This document shows positions 9,895 to 21,721 of a stretch of 64,000 bases of DNA, piece by piece (within the stretch, counting starts at the first letter, position 1; each line of letters starts with the position of its first letter). This DNA comes from an uncultured beta proteobacterium (lineage in GTDB: Bacteria; Pseudomonadota; Gammaproteobacteria; Burkholderiales; SG8-41). Both the position numbers and the translations under genes were made by a program. The stretch lies in assembly GCA_963828715.1 (NCBI GenBank), contig CAWHFX010000018.1, positions 9,178-73,177 on the forward strand, read 5' to 3'. Under the pieces are notes generated by a model. That model was not told the DNA's origin and did not search any database. It saw nothing but the letters and a program-made list of their open reading frames with translations.

Positions 9895-11865
9895 TTAGTG
9901 ATCCTTGAGTCCGACGACCTGTCGAATCATGCCGTCGCTCTTGGTCAGGATGTAAAGCTCGCCGTTGCTGTCCTCGGCGAAGCGCAGGTCCACGCGCCCC
10001 CGGCCTGAGACAGCGCCGGCGCCCGGCATGGCGTCACCGACGCCGCCCCGCGTGCGGAACGTCTCCAACACGAGGCGGCGAAGTCCGGCGTCCACCTCAT
10101 GCATCGTCGCGAGCGTTGCCGGGTTGCCGTCGTCGGCACTCAACACGTCTTTGATGTCGGCGTACCAGACGTGACCGGTGGTGATGTCGCCAAACAGGAG
10201 CTTGTCCTTCAGAGCGGGAATCTTGTTGCCGCGATAAATGACGCCGCCCGCGATCGCGTCGCCGCCGATCGCGGCATGCGGATACGCAATGACCGGATAG
10301 ATCGGCTTGACCGTGCCGCGAGCGATCGTGTCGGTGATCTGCCACGGGATGGTGTCGTCGGCCGGGACGTCCTTCATCCCTTCGAGCGTCATGACCTGCG
10401 GCCCCTCACGCAAGGGGTACCCGTAGTTGGCGCCCTTCCTGATGATCATCACGGTCTCCCAGTGGGTCAGGCCGATATTGAACGCGAACAGACGCGGCGA
10501 GCGCGGCGCGGCGGGATCGACATCCCACACCAGGCGATGAGGATTGCGCAGACCGACCGCCCAGATTTCCTTCCGCGCACCTTCAATGGCGGTGAACGGA
10601 TTGTCGTTGGGAATGCGGTATCGTCCGTTCGCGCTCACCGTGCTCGAAGCCGTATGTTCGCGCAGGTCTGGAACGATACGCAGGATCTTCCCGCTCAGGT
10701 TGTCGAGGCGCTGCGGAGTCATCCGGCGGATGTCCTTCTGCTCGCCGGTGCCCGAGTCGCCCACGCCGACGTACATGATCCGCCAGTCCGGCTCGCCTCG
10801 CCGGGCGGTTGGATTGAACGTCATCTCGCCGAGCGGGTGGATCGGAGAGGCGAGCTGCATGCGGAGAAGTTCGCGGGCCGTGCCTTCGAATGTTGCATTC
10901 CGGATGTTGCGGTCGATCCATTCGATCATCACGGCTTCGCGATTGATCGTGGCGCCCGGCCAGGTTGGAGTCGCATTCGTCGGCGTCGTGCGATAGCTCG
11001 AAAGATCGAGGCCTGGGACGACGCCGGTCTTCGGGTCGGCCGGCGTCTCGATCGTGGGATCCTCCATGTGGATTGTGTAGAAGGTGCCGTTGCGCGCGTA
11101 ATCCGGATCGAAGACGACATTAATGAGACCGGTTGCGAAGTTGCGCTGGAAGGTGAACCGGCGAAACAATCCCGGCCGCCCCTCGAGGCCGTTGAAGTCG
11201 AGGTACTTCGTAAACTGCCTGGTCTGTTTGTCGAGGATGTACAGCGGTCCATTGAGATCGTTGACGAAGAATCGCCGGCCGCCCGGCTCGTCGCGCAGGA
11301 AATTGACGCGCGCCAGCTCAGCCCGTGTGCTGGTGTCGGTATTGTCGGCGGTGATCGGCATCTGCACGTAGTCGGCGAGTTCCAGCATCGGCCGCGGCTT
11401 CGTGTCGGCGGTCGCCATTGGCGCGACCGTGACGTTCGGGTTCGACGCCACGGCGCGCAGGTAATTGACCACGCTCCAGATCTCGGTATCCGACAGGCGG
11501 CCTTCCCATCCTGCCATCATCGTCGGCGGCACGCCCCTCTTGATGACGGTGAAGATCTCGCCGTCGGTCGAACCATGGTCCCACTGGCTGTCGGTCAGGT
11601 CGGGCGGCTGCTTTCCACCCTGCTCGGCGATGATCGAAATGGCAATGCCGGCCTTGGCCGCCCCCTGTGCCATGTTGCCGTGGCATGCTGCACAGTTCGT
11701 GTCGTAGGCCCTCTTTCCAGCGGAGAGCGTCTCCGGCGTTGACGCGACCGGATTCGTCAGCTGTGCCGCTTCGGGGTTCTTCACACCCTGACGCGCCAGA
11801 GCGCTGGCGCCAAGAAGCATGCCCGCCAGAATGGGAATCGTTGCGTACGGCCGACGTGAATGCAT
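9895..11865 (-). CDS. Cytochrome c domain fused to PQQ-dependent sugar (glucose/sorbosone) dehydrogenase-like beta-propeller
   Basis: Signal peptide, heme motif CAACHG, then a long propeller region containing GLRNPHRLVWD. Intact 656 aa. Confidence 0.75.
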   Translation of the reverse strand: MHSRRPYATIPILAGMLLGASALARQGVKNPEAAQLTNPVASTPETLSAGKRAYDTNCAACHGNMAQGAAKAGIAISIIAEQGGKQPPDLTDSQWDHGSTDGEIFTVIKRGVPPTMMAGWEGRLSDTEIWSVVNYLRAVASNPNVTVAPMATADTKPRPMLELADYVQMPITADNTDTSTRAELARVNFLRDEPGGRRFFVNDLNGPLYILDKQTRQFTKYLDFNGLEGRPGLFRRFTFQRNFATGLINVVFDPDYARNGTFYTIHMEDPTIETPADPKTGVVPGLDLSSYRTTPTNATPTWPGATINREAVMIEWIDRNIRNATFEGTARELLRMQLASPIHPLGEMTFNPTARRGEPDWRIMYVGVGDSGTGEQKDIRRMTPQRLDNLSGKILRIVPDLREHTASSTVSANGRYRIPNDNPFTAIEGARKEIWAVGLRNPHRLVWDVDPAAPRSPRLFAFNIGLTHWETVMIIRKGANYGYPLREGPQVMTLEGMKDVPADDTIPWQITDTIARGTVKPIYPVIAYPHAAIGGDAIAGGVIYRGNKIPALKDKLLFGDITTGHVWYADIKDVLSADDGNPATLATMHEVDAGLRRLVLETFRTRGGVGDAMPGAGAVSGRGRVDLRFAEDSNGELYILTKSDGMIRQVVGLKDH

Positions 11866-11867
11866 GT

Positions 11868-12935
11868 TCAGTTCAGCAGCTTGACCCGGATGTTCGCGTA
11901 CGCGGTCACGCTGTACGTATCGTGTGACTGAAACGCGATCGTGCCAGGTGCGATCTTGCGGCTGGCCGTATCGTAATTGCTTTGCCAGTCGGCCGGCTGC
12001 GTCCAGCGGACGACTTCCTGTCCCTTCAGCGAGATGGTGATCGTGTTCGCCTCACCTTTGATCTCCATCGGAATCCACTCATCGTCTTTTCCCGGGACGT
12101 TCGACAGATCGACGACGTGGTAAAGGCTGCCGGTACGAATGCGATCGCTGTGGCTGTTGTTGACCTGAATCTCGAAGCCCTTCCCTGGAAACCCCTGCGG
12201 CTGGAACTCGGTCATGACGTAGACGCCACCGTTCGATCGATAGCGCGCGAGCACGTCGAGGCGCAGATCGAAATTCTGGAACGAATGGTTGCCGACCGGT
12301 CCGTCGTAGAACAGGTGCGACGCCTGGCCGGCCGCGTTGGCCACGACGGCACCGTTCTCGACCTTGAATGAATCAGGATTCGCACTCGCCTTCCAGCCGG
12401 TCAGGTCCTTGCCGTTGAAGAGGCCGACGTAGCCGGACTCGACCGTCCGGCTCGGCGGCGCCGGCATCGCCACCGGGGTGTACCTGACGTAGGTCGCAGT
12501 GCGGACCGGCGTCATGGAACCATCGGGGAGAGAGTTGCTCGACTCCAGCGTCAGCGTGTCGCCGGTCAGCGAGTAGACCTGTCGCCCCGAGCTCGGCCCC
12601 CCTCGGCCGCCGGTGACCGCCGACATCACCACGAGCTTCGATCCTTCCCAGTTCGCGGTAAATACCGCGATCGGTGCGGCTGCCCCTCCTTGGCCGCCAC
12701 CGATCGGGGTGCGTGTTTCGGCGTTCAGTTTGAGGGTTACCGACTCGGGATTGTTGAGCGGCGTGCGGATCGTCACGCTGTCGGCCGTCTGCGTGATGGT
12801 GAATTCGAACGGGTTCGCCTGTCCGCTATTCGGATTCTGTGGCCGCCACGTGCCCGACAGGTTCGGCGGCGCCTGGGCTATCCCAATCAATACAACGGCC
12901 GTTGCCAGCCACACGGTCACTATCGCGCGCTTCAT
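11868..12935 (-). CDS. DUF1080 (3-keto-disaccharide hydrolase-like) domain protein, secreted
   Basis: Likely start MKRAIVTVWLATAVVLIGIAQA at 12935. C-terminal half GLFNGKDLTGWK...GFEIQV..TGSLY...GTIAFQSH is DUF1080-like. Confidence 0.7.
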   Translation of the reverse strand: MKRAIVTVWLATAVVLIGIAQAPPNLSGTWRPQNPNSGQANPFEFTITQTADSVTIRTPLNNPESVTLKLNAETRTPIGGGQGGAAAPIAVFTANWEGSKLVVMSAVTGGRGGPSSGRQVYSLTGDTLTLESSNSLPDGSMTPVRTATYVRYTPVAMPAPPSRTVESGYVGLFNGKDLTGWKASANPDSFKVENGAVVANAAGQASHLFYDGPVGNHSFQNFDLRLDVLARYRSNGGVYVMTEFQPQGFPGKGFEIQVNNSHSDRIRTGSLYHVVDLSNVPGKDDEWIPMEIKGEANTITISLKGQEVVRWTQPADWQSNYDTASRKIAPGTIAFQSHDTYSVTAYANIRVKLLN

Positions 12936-12999
12936 GTTCAGCTCCTTCAGTGCGGTCATGCTACACCGTATCCTGCACGGCTGACTGGCCTCGGAGGGA

Positions 13000-14772
<1,773 letters not shown>

Positions 14773-14779
14773 TGGTTCA

Positions 14780-14943
<164 letters not shown>

Positions 14944-16623
14944 TTAGGGATTCAGTTCCTCCTCGAAGAACTCGAGTGTTGAACGAGTTCCTGCACTGCG
15001 ACGTTCGGCCTCCTGACGTCGAAGCTCCACGCGCCGAATTTTTCCCGAGATGGTCTTCGGCAGATCGCAGAACTCCAGCCGGCGGATGCGCTTGTAGGGC
15101 GCCAGGCGGCCACGGCAGAATTCAAGAATCTGCTGCGCCAACTCCGGTGAGGGCTCGCGTCCGGTGGTCAGGGTCACGAATGCTTTCGGCACCGCGTGCC
15201 TCACGGGATCGGGACTGGGAACCACGGCGGCCTCCGCAATCGCGGGATGCTCGATCAAAATGCTCTCGAGCTCGAACGGGCTGATTCGGTAGTCCGACGC
15301 CTTGAACACGTCGTCTGCACGTCCGATATACGTAATGTAGCCGTCGGCATCACGCATGGCGACGTCGCCAGTTCGATAACGATTGCCGCCCGTCACCTCC
15401 GCGGTCTTGCTCTCATCGTCGGCGTACCCTTGCATCAGGCCACCTCGCCCGGCGGCGGTGTTGATGCAGATCTCTCCCTCGTCGGCCGAGCCGTCCGCGT
15501 TGATCAGCTCAATGTGGTATCCGGGAAGGGGCCGTCCCATCGATCCGAGTTTGATGTGTTGACCGGGCGGATTTCCAATCAGCGCGGTTGTTTCGGTCTG
15601 GCCGAAGCCGTCGCGGATCATCAAACCCCACGCCGCCTTGACCTGTTCGATCACCTCGGGGTTCAGCGGTTCGCCGGCGCTGGCGACCTCGCGAAGCGTG
15701 ACTTCATAGTCCGCCAGCGACTCCTGCACGAGCATTCGCCAGACCGTCGGCGGCGCGCACAGCGTGGTGACGCCATATTTCACCAACGTCTCCAGAATGC
15801 TCCGCGGTTGAAACTTCCGGTAGTTGAACACGAATACGGTTGCACCAGCGTTCCACGGTGCAAAGATGCAGCTCCACGCGTGCTTCGCCCACCCGGGCGA
15901 ACTGATGTTCCAGTGCACGTCTCCGGGTTGTAGCCCCAGCCAGTACATCGTCGACAGGTGACCAACCGGGTAGCTCTGATGCGTATGAAGCACGAGCTTC
16001 GGCTTCGCCGTCGTTCCTGACGTGAAATAAAGGAGGAGAGGATCGTTGCGACGCGTGTCTCGGTCCGGCACTAGCGACGCGCTCGCAGTCGTGGACTCTC
16101 GGATGTCGTGCCACCCGTCCGGTGTCGTGTCGCCGACGCTGATTCGCGTAAAGGACTGCGAGATGGCGGCGAATTTCGATGTAGACGCGGCCGCCGCGAC
16201 GACGTGCGCGACGCGGCCGCGATCGAATCGATCGCGAATGTCTTCGGGTGCCAACAGTGTGGTGGCCGGAATCACCACGACGCCCAGTTTCATGCACGCG
16301 ACGAACGTTTCCCAGAGCGCGACTTCGTTGCCCAGCATGAGGAGCAGCCGGTCGCCCGGTTTCATTCCCAGCGTTCGAAAAAACGAGGCGACGCGATTGG
16401 AACCCTCGGAGATTTCCTGGAAGGTCCGCACTTCCTTCGTGCCGTCCTCTTCCACGACGACCAGTGCCGGTTGCGCGTTTCCCGCTGCGATGACGTCAAG
16501 GTAGTCGAATCCCCAGTTGAACGTCTCCATCGACGGCCAGCGGAAGCCTCGGACCGCCGCCTCGTAGTCGGCCCGGTGCGTCAGCAGAAAGTCTCTCGCG
16601 GTCATGAATGCTCGAGCCGTCAT
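14944..16623 (-). CDS. AMP-forming acyl-CoA synthetase / AMP-binding enzyme
   Basis: Motifs YFTSGTTAKPKLV, GEPLNP, GQTE, YRTGD, ISGKIRR. Sensible start MTARAFMTARDFLL at 16623. The ORF-track extension to 17088 overlaps the next gene in another frame. Confidence 0.88.
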   Translation of the reverse strand: MTARAFMTARDFLLTHRADYEAAVRGFRWPSMETFNWGFDYLDVIAAGNAQPALVVVEEDGTKEVRTFQEISEGSNRVASFFRTLGMKPGDRLLLMLGNEVALWETFVACMKLGVVVIPATTLLAPEDIRDRFDRGRVAHVVAAAASTSKFAAISQSFTRISVGDTTPDGWHDIRESTTASASLVPDRDTRRNDPLLLYFTSGTTAKPKLVLHTHQSYPVGHLSTMYWLGLQPGDVHWNISSPGWAKHAWSCIFAPWNAGATVFVFNYRKFQPRSILETLVKYGVTTLCAPPTVWRMLVQESLADYEVTLREVASAGEPLNPEVIEQVKAAWGLMIRDGFGQTETTALIGNPPGQHIKLGSMGRPLPGYHIELINADGSADEGEICINTAAGRGGLMQGYADDESKTAEVTGGNRYRTGDVAMRDADGYITYIGRADDVFKASDYRISPFELESILIEHPAIAEAAVVPSPDPVRHAVPKAFVTLTTGREPSPELAQQILEFCRGRLAPYKRIRRLEFCDLPKTISGKIRRVELRRQEAERRSAGTRSTLEFFEEELNP

Positions 16624-16733
16624 CGCGAACTTCAGACTACCTGAATCCAGCCACGAGCCGCGAGCCGTCCTTCGACTCGCGTAAACTAGGACGCTCAGGG
16701 CAGCCCAGCAGCCAGGAGCCAGCAACGAATAGA

Positions 16734-17117
16734 CTACTCGGCGCGCAACGCCACGACCGGATCGATGCGCGCCGCGCCGCGCGCCGGTAGATAGGCGGAC
16801 AACAGCGACACGATGCCGAGCACCAGCGCGACGCCCACAAACGTGAATGTGTCGCCCGGTGAAACGCCGAACAACATCGATGCGACAGACCGTCGCAGGA
16901 TCCAGGCGCCGAAGAGGCCCGTGGCTAGCGCAATCCACAGGCCTTCTCTGGCGACGAGCGCGACGACGTCTCCCGTCTGTGCCCCGGTGTGCGCGATGCT
17001 GAAGATAGCGGTGACCGAGGCGATCGCCACGGCGAGGATGAGGACGACAGTAGCCGAAAGCCAGCCGCCGCGGCGCAGGTTCCGCCACGCCGATCTGAGA
17101 TCTGCGGCGAATGTCAT
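16734..17117 (-). pseudogene. ADOP/FtsX-type ABC permease relic with an in-frame internal deletion (127 aa instead of about 800)
   Basis: N-terminus MTFAADLRSAWRNLRRGGWLSATVVLILAVAIASVTAIFSI is fused directly to the family C-terminus ...MLFGVSPGDTFTFVGVALVLGIVSLLSAYLPARGAARIDPVVALRAE*. The periplasmic domains and most TM helices are absent. Confidence 0.7.
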
Positions 17118-17160
17118 GTCAGCACTCTATGCCGAATTGTACTGTCTGGGTTGCGTGCCT

Positions 17161-17232
17161 CCGTTCGCCTTCGTTCGCTTCGTTGCTTCGTTGTGAACTC
17201 CGTTCCCTCCGTCTCCTTCGTCCCCTCCGCCA
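17161..17232. repeat. CTTCGTT / CTCCGT simple repeats in a divergent intergenic region
   Basis: ccgttcgccttcgttcgcttcgttgcttcgttg...ctccgttccctccgtctccttcgtcccctccgcc. Confidence 0.6.
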
Positions 17233-17280
17233 CTCATTTCGAGCGAGAATGGCGTAGGTTGGCCGCTTTGGAGTTACTGG

Positions 17281-18975
17281 ATGTTCAATACTGCTGGCCT
17301 TGCAGCAATTCTGGCGGCCGCGTTTCTGACCTTCGCGGCTCCCATGGCTCGCCCGGCTTCCGACGCCGAGATCACGTACCCGCAAGCGGCATCACGATCG
17401 AATGAAACGACGGCGCGCATACGTGGAAGCGTGTTTGCCGCCGACACCGGCAAGCCACTGGCCGGCGCAATCGTCACGGTCGTCGATACACGCGCCTCGA
17501 ACCCGACCGAGCGGCAGGGCCGCTGGATCAGGACCGATGCGGACGGACGGTGGGAAGCACAGAGTCTCCCCCCCAGCGCGTACATGTTGAGTGTGTCGAA
17601 GGCCGGGTACCTGAAGATCGAGTACGGCCAGAAACGTCCGTTCGAACGCGGCAAGCGTCTGGACGTCCTCGCCGGTCAGCTGCTCGACCGGATCGACATG
17701 ACGCTGCCTCGCGCGGGTGCGATTACCGGTCGAGTGTTCGACGAATTCGGAGACCCGGCAGCGACCGTGTTCGTTCGTGCGCTGCGACAGCGGTACGTCG
17801 ATGGGCGACGCGAGTTGACGCCGCTTGCCGAAGGCATCGAGGGGCTCGCCAGCGGCGGAGCCGACATCACCGACGATCTCGGACAGTTCAGGATCTACGG
17901 CCTTTCACCAGGAGACTACTTCGTCTCGGCGTTGTTCAGCCCGCCGGGTGAGGCGGCAACGGCGGTTGGGTATCCACCGGTGTACTATCCGGGTACGCCA
18001 TCCGCCGTTGAGGCCCGTCGCATCAGGATCGGACTGGGTGAAGAATCGCAGAACGTCAACGTGACGCTCGTCAGCGCTCGCTACGCCGTCGTGTCGGGAA
18101 CGGTGTTCAATTCGCTCAGTGCGCCGGCGAGCGCCTCGATCCAACTCGTCACCACCGATCCGGCCGCGGGCGTCCCGGTGGCGCCGGCCAGGACCACATC
18201 GAATGGGACGTTCACGCTGCGCAGCGTGCCGCCCGGCGAATATCGGCTCCACGTCTACGACGTGCGGCCAGCCGCAGGCGCGCCCGAGTTCGCGTCCGTG
18301 CCCGTCTCCATCGCCGGCGAGGATGTGACGGCGCTGACAGTGGCCGCCGCTCCCGGCGCGACCGCAAGCGGACGCGTCGTGTTCGAAGACGGTGCGAAGG
18401 TGAACCTGTCAGTGTTCGTCCGGAGCGTCACGACGGTCGCCGGCGCGCCGACGTTCTCGAACATGTCAGTCCGTGTGAATCCCGACTCGACCTTTGAGCT
18501 GTCCGGACTGACAGAACGACAGACATTCCGCACAGCCATGCTTCCGGAGGGTTGGTTCCTCAAATCCGTCACGCACGAAGGCATCGACATCACCGACACC
18601 GGCTACGACTTCAGGCCGGGCCAGCGCGTCTCCGGCATCGAGATCCGCCTGACACGCCGCGCAACGAGCCTGGCCGGAACGGTACAGGACAACAACGGCG
18701 CGCCAATCGGCGATTACACGGTCGTGGCGTTTTCCACGAACACCGCCCGATGGGGACACCAGACTCGATTCGTTCGCAGCGCGCGGCCAGACCAGGGCGG
18801 CCAATTCACGATTCGCGCGCTGCCGCCGGACGAGTACTTCGTCGTTGCGCTCGAGTACGTGGAAACAGGTCAGGAGTTCGATCCGGAGCAACTCGCCAAC
18901 TGGAAGGCGCTGGCGACGACGGTTGAATTACGGGAGGGGGATACGAAGACACTGTCGCTGAAGCTGGCGCAATAA
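17281..18975 (+). CDS. Secreted carboxypeptidase-regulatory-like (CarboxypepD_reg) repeat protein
   Basis: Signal peptide, then repeated G(S/R)V.D..G.P..GA.V modules (IRGSVFAADTGKPLAGAIVTV, ITGRVFDEFGDP, VSGTVFNS, ASGRVVFEDG, LAGTVQDNNGAPIGDYTVVAF). 564 aa, intact. Confidence 0.7.
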   Translation: MFNTAGLAAILAAAFLTFAAPMARPASDAEITYPQAASRSNETTARIRGSVFAADTGKPLAGAIVTVVDTRASNPTERQGRWIRTDADGRWEAQSLPPSAYMLSVSKAGYLKIEYGQKRPFERGKRLDVLAGQLLDRIDMTLPRAGAITGRVFDEFGDPAATVFVRALRQRYVDGRRELTPLAEGIEGLASGGADITDDLGQFRIYGLSPGDYFVSALFSPPGEAATAVGYPPVYYPGTPSAVEARRIRIGLGEESQNVNVTLVSARYAVVSGTVFNSLSAPASASIQLVTTDPAAGVPVAPARTTSNGTFTLRSVPPGEYRLHVYDVRPAAGAPEFASVPVSIAGEDVTALTVAAAPGATASGRVVFEDGAKVNLSVFVRSVTTVAGAPTFSNMSVRVNPDSTFELSGLTERQTFRTAMLPEGWFLKSVTHEGIDITDTGYDFRPGQRVSGIEIRLTRRATSLAGTVQDNNGAPIGDYTVVAFSTNTARWGHQTRFVRSARPDQGGQFTIRALPPDEYFVVALEYVETGQEFDPEQLANWKALATTVELREGDTKTLSLKLAQ

Positions 18976-19111
18976 ACGAGGAACGAGAAGCTCTCTCATC
19001 AACCCAAACGGGCTTAGTCAACAAATACCGGCAACGCGAGCGAGCGAGAGCGAGCGAGCCAGGCGAGCGGAGTGGGGCATCGGGGCCCCCGCGAGCGAGC
19101 CTGTAGGGGAG

Positions 19112-19134
19112 TCCGAGGGGCGAAGCCCCTCGGA
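19112..19134. terminator. GC-rich hairpin between convergent genes (9-bp stem, no T-tract)
   Basis: tccgagggg-cgaag-cccctcgga, preceded by GCGA-rich low-complexity sequence (19036..19100). It sits between the 3' ends of 17281..18975 (+) and 19169..21346 (-). Confidence 0.5.
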
Positions 19135-19168
19135 TTAAGGATGAGGCTACTGACCGATCGGACTTTGC

Positions 19169-21346
19169 TCAGTGCACCGTACCACCGCGGACCAGGCTGG
19201 CAACGGCGTCGATGAGGCCCGTGGCGTCGATGGGCTTGGTCATTTGCAGCTGAAAACCAGCGGCCTGCGCCTCGTCGGCGTCTTCGCGGCGCGCCAGCGC
19301 GGTCAGAGCAATCGCGGGCGTCGAGATTCCCGCCGTGCGCAACGACCGAATCAGCGCATAACCGTCTTCCTCGGGCATTCTGATGTCGGAGATCAGGATG
19401 TCCGGCGGTTCTTCCATCATTTCACGTCGCGCGTCCTTCGCCGACGCGACCGCGTCCACCGACGCCCCCGCCGCTTGGAGTGTGATCCGCAGGAGCTCGC
19501 GTGTATCGTCGTCGTCCTCGACGAGAAGAACGCGCACGTCCCTGAGACTCATGGTCGCCGCACGAGGGAATTCGTGTGGACGTGACCTCAGGACCGCGCT
19601 GTCGACTTCGTGAAGTGGCAGCGTGACGATGAATTCTGCCCCCTGGCCTTCGCCGCGACTTTCCACGCGCACGCTTCCCCGGTGCAGGCGGACGATATGG
19701 CGCACGATGCCCAGACCCAACCCCAGCCCCGACTGGCTGCGAGCCCTCGCGTCCGCTTGCTGGAACCACTCGAACGCGTGCGGCAAAAACTGAGAAGAGA
19801 TGCCAATCCCCGTATCTGCGACAACCAGAACCGCCTGCTTGTTCGTGTGTTCCAGCGTGATGGTGATCAGCCCGGAGGCCTGAGTGAACTTCACGGCGTT
19901 CCTTGCGAGGTTCCAGACCACCTGTTCGAGCCGACCTGCATCGCCGAGGACGATGGCGGAGCGATCGAGGCTCATTGCGATCTCGATCTGCTGCTGGCCC
20001 GCGGCGGGTCGAATGGTATCGACGGCCGCCTCGACGGCGTCGGCCAGACGAACCGGCTCGCAGACGACGTGCAGGCGATTGGACACGATGCGTGAGACGT
20101 CGAGGAGATCCTCGATCAGCTGCCGCTGTGCGCGCGCGCTGCGTTCGATCACGTCAATGGCGTGTCGCACGCCATCGGCCGGGACCCGATCGGTTCGAAG
20201 CATGTGCGCCCATCCCAGGATGGAGGTCAGCGGCGTCCGCAGCTCGTGTGACACCGTGGCCAGGAACTCGTCCTTGGATCGGTTTGCCGCTTCTGCCTCC
20301 TGTCGTGCTGACTGTTCCTTGGCCACCAGTTCCGCCAAATCGTTCCCCATGGCGTTGAACGCGCGACCCAAGGCGCGCACTTCCGATGGCCCTGACAGCG
20401 GAATCGGCCGGTCGAAGCGCCCGGTTTGCAGCGTGCGGGCGGAGCGCGCCAGACGTCGGACCGGGGCGGCAATCCATTGAGCCGCCACCAGCGACAGGAC
20501 GACGCCGGCGAGCACGAACCACGCGCCGCTGATGAAAAGCTGCCGTCGCAGTTGTTCGGCCGGCGCCAGCGTTTGATCGTAGTCCACGCGTGCGGCGATA
20601 CACGCGGTGCCCAATCCGATGATGGGCCGAAAGCTTTGCAATGCGCGCTGACCGCGGCCGTCGACGTCGACCAACGCCTCGGCACCCGTCCGGCAGTTGT
20701 TGATCAATGCGGCAGCGGCGGCGCCGGACAGGACCGGAGCGCTTGAACTCGTCGTCGCCAGCACGTCGCCGTCGTAATTGATCAGCGACAAGTCGCTCCC
20801 CGGAGGAAGACCGGACGGCGCCTCCAGGATTCGTTCGACCGGCGCGTGATCGAAGGTCAACATGAGGGACAGGTCTTCGCGCCTCGCCTGCATCGCGTAT
20901 CGTGGAGCGCCTTCGTCAGTCCGGGTGACGCGCGCGAGCGCGCCCGGTAACGGTGCGATCGGCGCAAGGCGGACGCCCGATCGGCGTAGAACACGCGTCC
21001 GGTAGGTCAACAGCGCCGACAACGCGCCCTCGCCCTCGCGGAAATCATCGACCATGGGCCGCACGCATTCGCCAACCCACGCGAGGCGACTGGAATCCGG
21101 CGCCTCGGCGCAGAGCGATTCCAGGCTGACGAGGAATGCCTCGGCCCGTTGCTGACGGAGTTGGAACAGCTGCGTGAGGCTTTGCTCTCGGGTCCGCGTC
21201 GCCGTGCTTACCGTACGGCGCGCATCGGCATCGAGGTTATGAAGCAGAGAGGTGTACGCGACCGTGGTGAGGACAACAGTGATCCCCACAAGAAGGCCGA
21301 CAAACGTCAGCAGCAGCTGGACTGAGAGTGGCAGGGTCGGACGCAT
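19169..21346 (-). CDS. Hybrid sensor histidine kinase (periplasmic sensor, HAMP, HisKA, HATPase_c, REC), intact
   Basis: Two TM segments, HAMP (AAPVRRLARSARTLQTGRFD...), FLATVSHELRTPLTSI, DTGIGI, GLGLGLGIV, and receiver VLLVEDDDDTRELL...DILISDIRMPEEDGYALI. Confidence 0.9.
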   Translation of the reverse strand: MRPTLPLSVQLLLTFVGLLVGITVVLTTVAYTSLLHNLDADARRTVSTATRTREQSLTQLFQLRQQRAEAFLVSLESLCAEAPDSSRLAWVGECVRPMVDDFREGEGALSALLTYRTRVLRRSGVRLAPIAPLPGALARVTRTDEGAPRYAMQARREDLSLMLTFDHAPVERILEAPSGLPPGSDLSLINYDGDVLATTSSSAPVLSGAAAAALINNCRTGAEALVDVDGRGQRALQSFRPIIGLGTACIAARVDYDQTLAPAEQLRRQLFISGAWFVLAGVVLSLVAAQWIAAPVRRLARSARTLQTGRFDRPIPLSGPSEVRALGRAFNAMGNDLAELVAKEQSARQEAEAANRSKDEFLATVSHELRTPLTSILGWAHMLRTDRVPADGVRHAIDVIERSARAQRQLIEDLLDVSRIVSNRLHVVCEPVRLADAVEAAVDTIRPAAGQQQIEIAMSLDRSAIVLGDAGRLEQVVWNLARNAVKFTQASGLITITLEHTNKQAVLVVADTGIGISSQFLPHAFEWFQQADARARSQSGLGLGLGIVRHIVRLHRGSVRVESRGEGQGAEFIVTLPLHEVDSAVLRSRPHEFPRAATMSLRDVRVLLVEDDDDTRELLRITLQAAGASVDAVASAKDARREMMEEPPDILISDIRMPEEDGYALIRSLRTAGISTPAIALTALARREDADEAQAAGFQLQMTKPIDATGLIDAVASLVRGGTVH

Positions 21347-21721
21347 GATCTCCGAAACAGGGTTGCGCCTCCGACGTCAACCGATTTCCTGTCAGCAAAA
21401 GACTCGCCGACATTGTGTGCAGCCTTGGGATGACATTATGCCCATGAAATCAACGAGTCACGCACAAACTGCGGCGGCAAGGCGAGATCGCGATCCTACC
21501 GATGAGGTAGCGGTCCGAACAAAACGCGCGTGCGAGACCACGAAAATGTGATGCGCCGTTCAATGACCGTCGGACGCCGCGCCGCATCCGCACGAGTCGC
21601 TCTGTGGGGTGAACGCCGCGATCCTCGTGCCTGGCATGCCCGTCGCGTCAGTCGAACGGGAAAGCAACCGGAAGATCCGAGACGACACGTCCACGCTCGT
21701 TTGATTCGGATGAGAGGCCCA

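Noticed and set aside
10099-11742. Long antisense ORFs: this 547-aa one, plus 26651..28060, 29944..31641, 13621..14721, 15196..15933, 59031..60047, 61602..62483 and many shorter ones
   Set aside because: They are shadow ORFs typical of high-GC DNA. Their composition is Arg/Gly/Ala/Pro-dominated with no motifs. Each lies opposite a gene with clear family signatures.
16624-17088. 155-aa N-terminal extension of the acyl-CoA synthetase ORF (14944..17088)
   Set aside because: The extension is Arg/Gly-rich and non-homologous. It overlaps the ADOP permease relic in another frame. The conserved AMP-binding protein begins at the Met at 16623.
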